A stretch of 64,000 nucleotides of DNA from Candidatus Pacearchaeota archaeon (GCA_009694725.1 SICV01000002.1:26966-90965); one strand, 5' to 3'; positions 45,601-52,845 are shown, counted from the stretch's first letter. The notes: generated from the sequence alone by a model not told the origin. Translations and numbers: made by a program.

Positions 45601-46226
45601 AATCACTCAAAGAAACAACGTCTTATTTAGAAGCCCAATCGATTTTACGTAGTGAATGGGAACCTCGAGGATTTACTATTCAAGAACGTAGTTCAGACAA
45701 TCTTTTTGCGATTACGTATGGTAATGCTCCTGTTGTCTCCCCTACGTCTGGGGTTACCCCTTCGGGAGCTACCCCTCATACTCCTCGTACTTCTAACGTT
45801 GCTAAGCCTTTAGGCGCATTTCGTTTAGATACCTCTTTGCCTCGCATGGGCGCTGAGGAAAATCGCATTTCGGCGATAAGTTCTACCAAGAAACTTATTG
45901 ATACTTCTTTTTATATTGTTAAGAAAGGGACGTTGTTTACGGTGAAATATCGTGCGACGGTATCAGGGGCTAATTGGTTTGGAAGAGATTTGGAAGTTGG
46001 GCGAGCATTTATTGGGACAGAGGGCGGAACGGGAGATGGGGGAGTGCTTGAAGTTACGTTACAACCGGTGTTGAGTCGTATTCCAAGTGCTGAACGAACT
46101 GATGCGGTGAAGTATGCACGATTATTACATGAAGGAATTATTGATGGGGTTGAGATTTACTCTCAAGATGCATTACCACAAGAACAGACAATTACTGGTG
46201 GAAAAACTGGCGGAAAAGGGTTCTGA
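39636..46226 (+). CDS. giant secreted protein (2196 aa), function unknown
   Basis: Uninterrupted 6.6-kb ORF. Sec-type signal MRYWLFLFACLFVLPSVYA|GS. Cys-rich block CQDFMSPTECNLLFNVCDPVICPASRCDFGG. Ala/Gly/Ser-rich linker. No C-terminal TM. Confidence 0.85.
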   Translation: MRYWLFLFACLFVLPSVYAGSASFVTNQYTQPSFNTYYGGSIGTYWPILDEKEQCLARQDVLMQVAPAGCQPSVVRSDLLAEQNVPVFCQLNALQINPLVTIKELESIRFTGNYPKEVSSVGFHPARAALRTRDQLLGDPLLNNVGYVVIVLKKQPKESELPSSVKLMLSANIKYDAGNARGVGKSEFLLTEQSDEEWTQAQKEGRQGFFNGKYQVRLEDADVRGATVGIYSGVRKLGEAQVEQGKQSSEIFLPGSYCRAGVRAELLGYEIGKERATLRITGTYGTETVDVYQGSSFLQGQCRLTRLVIDNRTGRTGEVEIKCASAKAFKLKLLPNAGVYEVFTLDDGSLITPSQTGEIDFGQRTPAYTSGRFRLSSIGALQHYNQTAQGQGWVNLSLTGSGEQVLWYRALLVGLQEHLKQQKTQNTPTPKVLREKSYASDIEANFSATIASYRAVAQQYPGEKGTDLEGIETYGEQALYRAAQLAGSYGKQSTQATLLQELLTTYPDSVSFIRYQQELTQLSEIDGSESSAVLSLQNVYRTITLTSLIRPAQTASVRLQINNEPVILHVGENWTRDSGFIRLSRLEADRVLLETNCAFNVRRAETSFVQVEERSGRGGVRTVTMGENDDGTICGRGVRIAEIDSEKLARIRLTTSAERTETTTNVSVQIGIEKRAIQLSPAKTAERIGNLNKSIQKWDQLNKNVGKVVTTMKAACFATAGVLTVKNFFAGLSGKGFARKEAMNGANGWTEFCRKQVGAGTDGLRTFDQCYLKYAPDIDADVAKRDAAVKQVNARITAIQKQDGVKTSEGFFGDSVNTDEAAKRYRTELQNTYGDTLKGVSLEHASYTELRELDMNLLLQQQGGGSEQLQKDARVKLEGIQKSAAGQALLAQQLKADAEVAQRGDIRGLVVAPNSQLPRQAAIISQAAVNTTGALYYAGDFKYYTKVIATGSSDAQGNTYGSDTYGLGLAKQSDGTYVVQEVFQSDGTPLPAGERERFITQYNVGSFKDSASSNWEKYKWDKPVIQYYETDPYKGLPALVPVDPDHGWYAATKQTLPAFGGLAGWESSGRVASFYLCNVGENRKPDVFNGYNDDSCTLINLASGQAADKVPGVSETRAQQLVKQAREALEEAARAHKQGAKSLRLQGSQHKTPYAVEKPAVSVPGVQCQDFMSPTECNLLFNVCDPVICPASRCDFGGKYPVQDVIQSGIIGSTLLCMPNFPEVKIPVCLSGIHAGIDAYTKILQAHRDCLQESLTSGRMVGICDQIYSIYSCEFFWRQLSPIANLVVPKLFEQAQGQGARGGGEYLTVQNAWTNTKQSTDYLTTVYGVNAFKAFQARSTEEVGGEVCKGFISGTFPGSFKSLVQPDSPVQFNAFFSTIKYTDATVPATSQYKVFYHIYAGKDQGISYRVFLKNPPATSYYASQPTIQVSSGFIGKGLFKDETKDFTAPEGYQELCVVINGDERCGFKQVSTSFAVNQLRDAVVADELKNTNIASEQACISGTVSAAALLNPNLNQMADEAADPAIYRRGIIRVCSSGNPGQTTDPSRFADVGYCGDMKLRCWLDRQSVQNAITDVNKGVKNETYQWFANQTLANLQKDGKVLGADAGFSELTRLEGVVSGLENYQGQKSRLSADQSTRLGLLFLEFGQTKEALFFNHHRARLGWLVGRAQEVLFKHTFAARADDTRQTGQLDKGILVRENGRVWEIRFDRSQPWESFDSFLSSNDYAQQLSAFQRALVDYLQITDPEEAHITLLGGSGRAQGVTVTSTNETEQAYYYIPFGDSPSSSDVGTNGNPAVAAQDAAGAGSSGTAGVGGAQGVTPVISVSRIICTLATTSELDAPAVHFGFNTVISKWEWSFDKKNWNALTEIYGIHEDTDQSFQLSGNASLVAQALQSTSSFAVGKIDLQKYGATGECLTASTPVVAGTTSPSGIAAGSSLSGELFLHFTSQGVWKVSLRSATGIAYSLDAFNELFLGSAGLSLEYLPLLESLKETTSYLEAQSILRSEWEPRGFTIQERSSDNLFAITYGNAPVVSPTSGVTPSGATPHTPRTSNVAKPLGAFRLDTSLPRMGAEENRISAISSTKKLIDTSFYIVKKGTLFTVKYRATVSGANWFGRDLEVGRAFIGTEGGTGDGGVLEVTLQPVLSRIPSAERTDAVKYARLLHEGIIDGVEIYSQDALPQEQTITGGKTGGKGF

Positions 46227-46233
46227 TTAAAGA

Positions 46234-47058
46234 TTATAATCCGCGACCAGTTGATGCTGGAGGGTTGGTTGTAGGTACTTGGTTTGTACGCGCGAAGTAT
46301 TTTTCTTGAGGGATTGTAACTGCGCGGTATACGATTGCATTTGTGCCTTTTCGTTGCATACGCATGATTCCTTCAGGGGAATAGGTTTGTTGTGCATCTG
46401 TTTTAATGAGCGCAAAGGGTACTGCGTTTGTTGCAGGGAGTGCTTCTGATTGCTTGGTAAGGTCATTGTCAACATGATAGGGTGTGCCGTTGAGTGTCGC
46501 AATTTCAAGTGTGCGATTCATACGTACTTTAAGACCTTGTGCTGTCCCGGAGTGTTTGGCATTAAGGTTTGTATTGAGATAGGTTCGGGTTGCAGAGAGT
46601 TTGTCTGATCCGTTGGTGGGGAATTGCCAGCCTTTGATTGGTTCACCGTTTGCAGTGTAGTTAACCGGAACGAAGACGTAGAGAGGGCTATCAATAAGAG
46701 CGGTGTTAGTACCGTTGTTCAGGACAAGGGTGCTGTTATTGAGTGCTTGGAGCGTGAAATCAAGTTCTCCTGCGTGGGGGCGATCATTCGTATTAACTAC
46801 ATAGGGCTTTCCTTCCCACATGAAGAGACGCGCGTTTACTTTTTGTGTGGTGTGGTCTTGATGGAATCCTACTGAAGATTCAAGAGAAGAGGGTACGTTA
46901 TAGGTATTGGTATGTGTGTGTGTTACGATTGCAGGTTGTGCTTGAGATTGAGGTTGCGAACTTTCAGGTGTAGATGATTTCTTACAGGATGCTGCACCTA
47001 CAATTGCACCGACAACAGTCAGTCCAAGTATCGTTGGTATTGCGTTTCTTATAGCCAT
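46234..47058 (-). CDS. putative lipoprotein
   Basis: Lipobox-like LTVVGAIVGAASC followed by an S/Q/P-rich linker. 274 aa. Confidence 0.6.
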   Translation of the reverse strand: MAIRNAIPTILGLTVVGAIVGAASCKKSSTPESSQPQSQAQPAIVTHTHTNTYNVPSSLESSVGFHQDHTTQKVNARLFMWEGKPYVVNTNDRPHAGELDFTLQALNNSTLVLNNGTNTALIDSPLYVFVPVNYTANGEPIKGWQFPTNGSDKLSATRTYLNTNLNAKHSGTAQGLKVRMNRTLEIATLNGTPYHVDNDLTKQSEALPATNAVPFALIKTDAQQTYSPEGIMRMQRKGTNAIVYRAVTIPQEKYFARTNQVPTTNPPASTGRGL

Positions 47059-47081
47059 ATGTTTTTTTACTTCTCCACCTA

Positions 47082-47132
47082 TTTAAATCTATCTCTTGTT
47101 GTATCTTTTAAGGAGTTACAGATAGATTTAAA
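47082..47132. promoter_or_regulatory. 13-bp perfect inverted repeat carrying two divergent TATA boxes
   Basis: TTTAAATCTATCT (47082-47094) and AGATAGATTTAAA (47120-47132). Each TATA lies 24-33 nt from the start of the lipoprotein gene or of tRNA-Leu. Confidence 0.55.
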
Positions 47133-47158
47133 GGGAGATTTTGTGAGCTTCTTATAAC

Positions 47159-47242
47159 GCGGGGATGCCGGAGCGGTCTAACGGGCTTGGCTTAGGACCA
47201 AGTGGCTTAGTGCCTTCGGAGGTTCGAATCCTCCTCCCCGCA
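47159..47242 (+). tRNA. tRNA-Leu (anticodon TAG)
   Basis: Acceptor GCGGGGA/TCCCCGC, anticodon arm CTTGG-CTTAGGA-CCAAG, long variable arm, T arm GGAGG-TTCGAAT-CCTCC. Confidence 0.9.
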
Positions 47243-47358
47243 TATTCTTTTCAGAATAAGGGTGAGGAGATAGATTCTCACCTTACCAACTCTGTCGAGT
47301 TGTAAGCACTCATGAACTGATCGTTCCTGGTGGCATGCAAAACAAGATGTTTTGCAGC

Positions 47359-47380
47359 GTTCGAATCCTCCTCCCCGCAT
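47359..47380 (+). repeat. 22-bp duplicate of the tRNA-Leu 3' end (GTTCGAATCCTCCTCCCCGCAT)
   Basis: Identical to 47222..47243. It lacks the 5' T-stem strand, so it is not a tRNA. The spacer is 115 nt and contains hairpins. Confidence 0.8.
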
Positions 47381-47422
47381 TTCATCATAACTTATATAAA
47401 GTAAGGAAATTCTTACTTTACT

Positions 47423-47656
47423 ATGGAAACTAAAATTATTCGCGTTACAGATAAAGGGCAGATTTCTTTACCGGTGAGTATACGAGATTCTTTATCTATT
47501 AAGCAAGGAGACGAATTACTTATTACTGCTGGTACAGAAACGGTTGTATTGCGGAAAGTGCGTAAAGAAGATTTTTCTGATTTATTGAAGCATTCTGAAA
47601 AGGTTGCAAGGAAGTTGTGGGATAATACCGAGGATGACGTTTGGAATGAAGTATAA
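47423..47656 (+). CDS. mazE: AbrB/MazE-type antitoxin
   Basis: IIRVTDKGQISLPVSIRDSLSIKQGDELLI. The palindrome GTAAGGAAATTCTTAC lies between the TATA and the ATG. Confidence 0.8.
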   Translation: METKIIRVTDKGQISLPVSIRDSLSIKQGDELLITAGTETVVLRKVRKEDFSDLLKHSEKVARKLWDNTEDDVWNEV

Positions 47657-47981
47657 GCAAGGAGATATTCTCATCGTACCTTTCCCCTTTTCTGATTTGA
47701 GTAGTTTTAAACAACGACCTGTTTTGGTTCTCTCAAAGACGGAAGATAACGAAAAATCTGAAGATCTTATTACCTGCGGTATTACCTCTCGTTTAAAGGA
47801 ATCTTCATACGGTATTGTTATTGATTCTTTATCTTTATCTGAAGGTAGTATCCCCGGGCGTAGTAGGGTTAAAGTTGATAAATTGTTTACTCTTAGTAAG
47901 GATATCGTTATTAAAAAAGTTGCACGAGTTAATCAAGCAACTTTTGCCTTAGTGAAAACGGCATTCACGCAATTGGTATAA
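47646..47981 (+). CDS. mazF: MazF/PemK-family toxin
   Basis: MKYKQGDILIVPFPFSDLSSFKQRPVLVLS. Overlaps mazE by 11 nt. Confidence 0.8.
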   Translation: MKYKQGDILIVPFPFSDLSSFKQRPVLVLSKTEDNEKSEDLITCGITSRLKESSYGIVIDSLSLSEGSIPGRSRVKVDKLFTLSKDIVIKKVARVNQATFALVKTAFTQLV

Positions 47982-47985
47982 TTCT

Positions 47986-48921
47986 TCATTTCTTACTGGC
48001 TTTTTCAGCAGACGCGAGGACTTTTGCTTTTAATTTGTCCTCGAGTTTGAGACGATCAATGAGCTCTTTGTATCTGTTTCTGATGGTGACTTCAGTGATG
48101 CCTGCGACATCTGCTACTTCACGTTGGGTCTTTTTTTCATCGTTGAGGAGGGCGGCTACGTAGAGGGCAGCTGCGGCGATGCCTGCTGGTCCGCGTCCTG
48201 AGGTGAGTTCGGAGATATCAGCACGTTTGAGGATTTTGAGAGCTTCATTCTGGGCTTTTGGTGAGAGATGGAGGATGGATGAAAATCGTGAGATATAGTC
48301 TTTGGGAGAGCTCGGTGTGACTTTTATTTTGAGCTTGCGTACGATGAAACGGTAGGTTCGTCCGATTTCTTTGCGCTCCACATCTGAGGCATTTGCAATT
48401 TCATCAAGGGTGCGAGGAATGTTGTAGGAACGACAGGCTGCGTAAATACAGGCTGCAATGACTGATTCCATACTTCTGCCACGGACGAGACCACGTTGGA
48501 GGACATAATTGTATACTCGTGAGGATTCATCCCGCACTACTGAAGGTAAGTTGAGGAAACTGGCGACACGGCGAAGTTCGGACATGGCTAATCGAAGGTT
48601 ACGTTCAATACTGGTGGAGACACGTTCTTGCCATTTTTTTAACCGAAGGAATTTTCGGGTTTGACCTGATTCAAGACGATAGATATCTGAAATTTCTCCG
48701 ACGTTCGTGGTCAGACCTTTGTCGAATTTCTGCATCGAGATGGGTGCTCCCCCTCGTCCTTTCTTTTCGTTTTTATCAAATGAACCCCCTGGATCGTGAC
48801 CTGTGTCGACCATTTTATCTTCTACAATTAATCCACAATCGTTACAGATAAGTTCGCCCCGATGATCGTCATACGTAAGCGACGTACTGTTACACTCGGG
48901 GCAGCGTTTTTGGTGACTCAT
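47986..48921 (-). CDS. tfb: transcription initiation factor TFB
   Basis: Zn ribbon CPECNS..CNDCG, two cyclin-fold repeats, C-terminal HTH VADVAGITEVTIRNRYKEL. Confidence 0.95.
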   Translation of the reverse strand: MSHQKRCPECNSTSLTYDDHRGELICNDCGLIVEDKMVDTGHDPGGSFDKNEKKGRGGAPISMQKFDKGLTTNVGEISDIYRLESGQTRKFLRLKKWQERVSTSIERNLRLAMSELRRVASFLNLPSVVRDESSRVYNYVLQRGLVRGRSMESVIAACIYAACRSYNIPRTLDEIANASDVERKEIGRTYRFIVRKLKIKVTPSSPKDYISRFSSILHLSPKAQNEALKILKRADISELTSGRGPAGIAAAALYVAALLNDEKKTQREVADVAGITEVTIRNRYKELIDRLKLEDKLKAKVLASAEKASKK

Positions 48922-48957
48922 GAAGGAAAAGGTTTAAGTAGCTTATCGTTGATCCTT

Positions 48958-49443
48958 TTATAAAGCTTTGTATTGGTCTCGACGAGAAGGGAGGAGGAGC
49001 GGGAGAAGCCCGGCAAGTGAGGTTATGATGTGTTGTGGTTGCTCATATTCGTTTTCTGGCTCTTCTGTTGCATAGACTCCGTCTCTGAGCCAGATGGTGG
49101 TGCATCCAGCTTTTCTAAAGGGGGGAAAATTACGTATACGGTCATCGACTACCCAGCATTCTATGCCTCCCACTTGTAACCCTTTGAGTGCGGCAGCGAC
49201 GACTTCTTCGTTTTTTTCACGGCAGGTTTGGATGTGTTGGAAATAGCAGGCGAAAGGGAGTGCTTGGAGCTCATGGATACGTGCATCAGGATTTTTTGTT
49301 TTTGAGATAACGCCGAGGCGATAGTGTTGTGCGAGTTTTGTGATAATGTGTTTTGCTTCTGGCCGGACTATATTGGCTGATTCATCTGCTTTCGCGGTTA
49401 ATGTTCCGACATAATCGCAGAGGCCTGCTTGATAGACGATCAT
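48958..49443 (-). CDS. HAD-like protein with degenerate motif I
   Basis: CDYVGTL in place of DxDGTL. VVDDRIRN. Confidence 0.45.
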   Translation of the reverse strand: MIVYQAGLCDYVGTLTAKADESANIVRPEAKHIITKLAQHYRLGVISKTKNPDARIHELQALPFACYFQHIQTCREKNEEVVAAALKGLQVGGIECWVVDDRIRNFPPFRKAGCTTIWLRDGVYATEEPENEYEQPQHIITSLAGLLPLLLPSRRDQYKAL

Positions 49444-49484
49444 ACATTTTGCTTGAAGAGGCTCTTTTAAAAGAATATGGTGAC

Positions 49485-49844
49485 TTATTGTACTAAGACT
49501 GCGTTCACTTGGCCTTCTTGACCTGGACGATTGGTAATGCGAGCTTTACCTGCTTCTGTTGTGATTACTGCGCCTTTCATTAAACGATTTTGACGAGCAT
49601 AGAATCGATTTGCAGGGGTTTCTTCCACATTGGTGATTTTGACTTGTTTGATTTTACCTTTGACAACGACATTAGCGATGTCAGTCTTGAGTGTGATTGT
49701 TTTCATACTTCCACCACGGATTCTTAATTGTTTGACTTTTGTTTCACCTAAGAGTGTGTGACGTTCAGGATTATGAAGTTCATACTTCTTACTCTTGCGT
49801 TGTTTGTGATAGCGTCCGCCTGAAATCTTTCGACCATATGCCAT
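49485..49844 (-). CDS. rps8e: ribosomal protein S8e (eS8)
   Basis: GRKISGGRYHKQRKSKKYE...RIRGGSMK. Confidence 0.85.
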   Translation of the reverse strand: MAYGRKISGGRYHKQRKSKKYELHNPERHTLLGETKVKQLRIRGGSMKTITLKTDIANVVVKGKIKQVKITNVEETPANRFYARQNRLMKGAVITTEAGKARITNRPGQEGQVNAVLVQ

Positions 49845-49971
49845 GATTATCGTTGGATTTCAATGCTTTATAAAGATTTGTTTCAAGAATTTATTTCTTT
49901 TTCTCCCAACAGTACGTTCCTTTCCTTTTTTATTACGATATCTTTATATAGGAACTTTTGAAGGGGACTAT

Positions 49972-50217
49972 ATGGCTACCAAAATTGAACGACCTTTGGA
50001 CCTCTTGAATGCCTCTCGAGGAAAAGAAGTGTTGGTTCAGCTGAAGGGCGACAAGCAATATGTCGGAACGCTGTTGGCGTTTGACATCCACATAAACGTT
50101 GTCTTAGACAACGCAAAGGAATTGCTTGACGGTCAGGTAAAGAAAAGTATTGGAATCACGTTCCTACGTGGCGATACGATTATCTTTATCTCACCTGCTT
50201 CTACTGCTGCTAAATAA
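49972..50217 (+). CDS. Sm-like archaeal protein (SmAP/LSm)
   Basis: PLDLLNASRGKEVLVQLKGDKQYVGTLLAFDIHINVVLDNA..FLRGDTIIFI. TATA TCTTTATATAGG lies 25 nt upstream of this ATG. Confidence 0.9.
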   Translation: MATKIERPLDLLNASRGKEVLVQLKGDKQYVGTLLAFDIHINVVLDNAKELLDGQVKKSIGITFLRGDTIIFISPASTAAK

Positions 50218-50297
50218 TTAGGGTTTATTTTGATTTACCAGAAAGCGGCGTTTCGGATTGAAACGAAGTAGTGGGAGCTTTCTCGGTTATTTTTTGT

Positions 50298-50338
50298 TCT
50301 GATATCGTGTGCACGTTTTGGTGTGATGGTTTAGGAAG
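50298..50338 (+). repeat. intergenic motif copy (TTCTGATATCGTGTGCACGTTTTGGTGTGATGGTTTAGGAAG)
   Basis: Lies in the convergent spacer between SmAP and RNase Z, after a hairpin (GAAAGC...GCTTTC) and a T-run. Confidence 0.45.
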
Positions 50339-50359
50339 ATAAGGGATACTCTTTTTTAT

Positions 50360-51259
50360 CTACAACGTCAGCACATCAAAGTCATTCGCTGCTTTAACGT
50401 TCTTGAAGACTTTCTTTGCTTCTTTGATGAGAAGGTCGGTGCGATGTTCATAGCGTTGAGAAATGTGCGTGAGCATGAGTGCTTTGGCTTTTGCTTGTTT
50501 TGCTATTTGTGCAGCTTGTGCAGCTGTAAGATGATGGTATTCTTTGGCTTTTTCTGTTTCTTCTTGTGCGAAACTTGCTTCAGTAATTAAGAGGTTTGCA
50601 TCTTGGGCATGTTTGGCAAGGTGAGGGTGGAATCCTGTATCTAAGATAATAGTTACTTTTCTTCCTGGCTCTTGGTAGGTGACTTGGGATGGTTTGATTG
50701 TTTTACCATTGATAGTAATTGTTTTCCCTGCGGCTAATTGCCCCAGTTGCGGGGTATTGGGGAGCTTGAGTTTTTTGAGTTTTGCTTTATCTAATCGCGT
50801 TTTCTCTTTAATGATAAATGAGTAGCCGAGTGCGGGGCAGTCATGGTGGACTGAAAATGCCTCTACGCTCCATTCAGGCGTTTCCATGATTACTCCTGGA
50901 TTGATTTCATGCACTTCGAGTTTGATAGGCATGCCAGTCATGAGTTGAGTAATTGCGTGCATGAAATGATTGCTTCCTTTAGGGCCATAGAGATGGAGGG
51001 TTTTTGCATAGTCTGACATGCCTAGACTTTGGAGTAATCCGGGAAGTCCGAGTATATGGTCGCCATGCCAGTGAGTTATACAGATGTGGGTTATCTTATG
51101 AGGGCTGAGTGATGCTTGAGGAAATTGGCGTTGGGTGCCTTCTCCACAATCTACCAAAAGTCCAAGGTTTTTGTAGGTAAGTAGCATTGATGTATGGTTA
51201 CGCTGAGGGGTGGGAATTGCGTTTCCCGTACCGAGAAAGGTGAGCGTGATTGGTTCCAT
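50360..51259 (-). CDS. rnz: ribonuclease Z (tRNA 3' endonuclease)
   Basis: Metallo-beta-lactamase motif ITHWHGDHILGLPGLL. Start trimmed to MEPITLTFLGTGNA, 25-30 nt downstream of TATA CATATTAAAAC. Confidence 0.85.
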   Translation of the reverse strand: MEPITLTFLGTGNAIPTPQRNHTSMLLTYKNLGLLVDCGEGTQRQFPQASLSPHKITHICITHWHGDHILGLPGLLQSLGMSDYAKTLHLYGPKGSNHFMHAITQLMTGMPIKLEVHEINPGVIMETPEWSVEAFSVHHDCPALGYSFIIKEKTRLDKAKLKKLKLPNTPQLGQLAAGKTITINGKTIKPSQVTYQEPGRKVTIILDTGFHPHLAKHAQDANLLITEASFAQEETEKAKEYHHLTAAQAAQIAKQAKAKALMLTHISQRYEHRTDLLIKEAKKVFKNVKAANDFDVLTL

Positions 51260-51310
51260 TTTGTAGGGAGACAAGGAAGGTTTTAATATGTTCGTGCTTC
51301 TTTCTTTGGT

Positions 51311-51901
51311 ATGAGAGTTGCACTGATTGTTTCTGTACTTCTTTTTTTGATAGTGGGGACTGGATTTTATGCAGGGATGCATGTTGCTTCATTTACTGGT
51401 CATGTGGTGAGTGATGAATATCGAGTGTTCGACAGCGTTACTAGTAATGCGGGAACAAAGGCGCGTATTGTCAGTATTGTTGGAGGAGATGAACGTGTGT
51501 TGATTACTTTGGAAGTGCAGGATCTAGTTCTTCGTGAACATAGCATGACCTTTGTTAGTGTGTTCTCTGTTGCAGGAGAAGAAGTTGGGCGAGCTACTGA
51601 AGAAGTGCTTGTGCCGTATAGTGCTATAACCCTTGTAGCCCTTTCTGTACCTGTGCGTCCACTTACCGGACAGGAAGCCACGCTTCGTATCGAGGGCACA
51701 GATGATTTGGGTACGTTATATATCGAAGGAACAACCAGTCTTACGGTTACTTCTGTCTCCTATACTCGATTATGGTGGGGATTTGGAGGTTTTTTTGTAT
51801 TACTCGTTCTTATTTTCTTAGTCGTTCGCCATTTATTGACCCGTGCGAACGTTGCCTCTTTTGCACAAGTACATTCTGATGGCTTGATACACTTACGTTA
51901 G
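51311..51901 (+). CDS. membrane-anchored protein (hypothetical)
   Basis: N-terminal and C-terminal TM segments. Shares the bidirectional TATA with rnz. Confidence 0.55.
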   Translation: MRVALIVSVLLFLIVGTGFYAGMHVASFTGHVVSDEYRVFDSVTSNAGTKARIVSIVGGDERVLITLEVQDLVLREHSMTFVSVFSVAGEEVGRATEEVLVPYSAITLVALSVPVRPLTGQEATLRIEGTDDLGTLYIEGTTSLTVTSVSYTRLWWGFGGFFVLLVLIFLVVRHLLTRANVASFAQVHSDGLIHLR

Positions 51902-51931
51902 TCTTAAAAAGAAGGTTTTGGTAGAGTTTCT

Positions 51932-52474
51932 ATGGGTGAAGTGAAAGTGACCTCTGAGTCGCTCCGCGCTGCAGAAATTAGTTTACAATTAGATATGTAT
52001 GATGATATCTTTTCTGATTTCGATCCTCGCCCTTTTTCACAACGAGCGCTCTCTGATGATTTTTTATTGGAAGCTCGGCGTGCAAGTAGGGATAAACCAA
52101 ACGGGGCCTTTGAAATACGTTTTATGATGCCCAAAGAAGATCGTAATCCTGCGGAAGAACAACTCATTAAACGTCGATTGAAAGATCATTTTCATAAACA
52201 TTATGTAGAAACGGTCGGGAAGACAACTGCCGTTACCCGAAAAGGATATACCTTAATTATTCTGGGTATTTTCGTTGCTTTGGGCGGAGGGTATATTGCG
52301 TTATATGAACATTCTTTTTTTGCGAAGGTTGCGATTATTGTATTAGAACCCGCGAGCTGGTTTTGTATTTGGAGTGGGTTTGATCATTTAGTCTTTAATG
52401 GGAAAGAATATGAAGAGGATCTTGTATTTTACGAGAAAATGCGTAACGCTGATATTTTATTTGAAGGATATTAA
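51932..52474 (+). CDS. hypothetical protein with two C-terminal TM helices
   Basis: 180-aa ORF. Confidence 0.55.
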   Translation: MGEVKVTSESLRAAEISLQLDMYDDIFSDFDPRPFSQRALSDDFLLEARRASRDKPNGAFEIRFMMPKEDRNPAEEQLIKRRLKDHFHKHYVETVGKTTAVTRKGYTLIILGIFVALGGGYIALYEHSFFAKVAIIVLEPASWFCIWSGFDHLVFNGKEYEEDLVFYEKMRNADILFEGY

Positions 52475-52845
52475 TCATCTTGATCAATAATGAATTCATT
52501 GCCATCTGGGTCTGCAATAACTGCGTTCCATCCACCCCAGAATTGTTGTACTGGTTGCACACTGATTGTTACGTTTAGTTTTTTGCATTTCGCTATGAAT
52601 TGTTTGATATTTGAGACGCGTATCACCGCTGAGGACCTTCCCCCTATGTTAAACTCTTCTTCAAATCCCTTTGCTCGCTTTGGGTTTTTTGTTTCAATAT
52701 AAAATGTATTTTTCCCCAAAGTCATTTCTAAGAATTCAGGTGGACGGCATTCGACAGTTTTCATTCCAAAGACTTTAGTGTACCATACTTTTGCTTTGGT
52801 GATATCTTTTACTCCAATGAGGTTTGCACCCAATTCAATTTTCAT
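52471..52845 (-). CDS. VOC-family (glyoxalase/bleomycin-resistance) protein
   Basis: NLIGVKDITKAKVWYTKVFGM and ADPDGNEFII. Confidence 0.75.
   Translation of the reverse strand: MKIELGANLIGVKDITKAKVWYTKVFGMKTVECRPPEFLEMTLGKNTFYIETKNPKRAKGFEEEFNIGGRSSAVIRVSNIKQFIAKCKKLNVTISVQPVQQFWGGWNAVIADPDGNEFIIDQDD

Noticed and set aside
3059-50338. Motif copies as origin recognition boxes (G-string plus dyad), implying a replication origin
   Set aside because: The copies are dispersed over 47 kb rather than clustered around an AT-rich unwinding element. No orc1/cdc6 gene is in the window.
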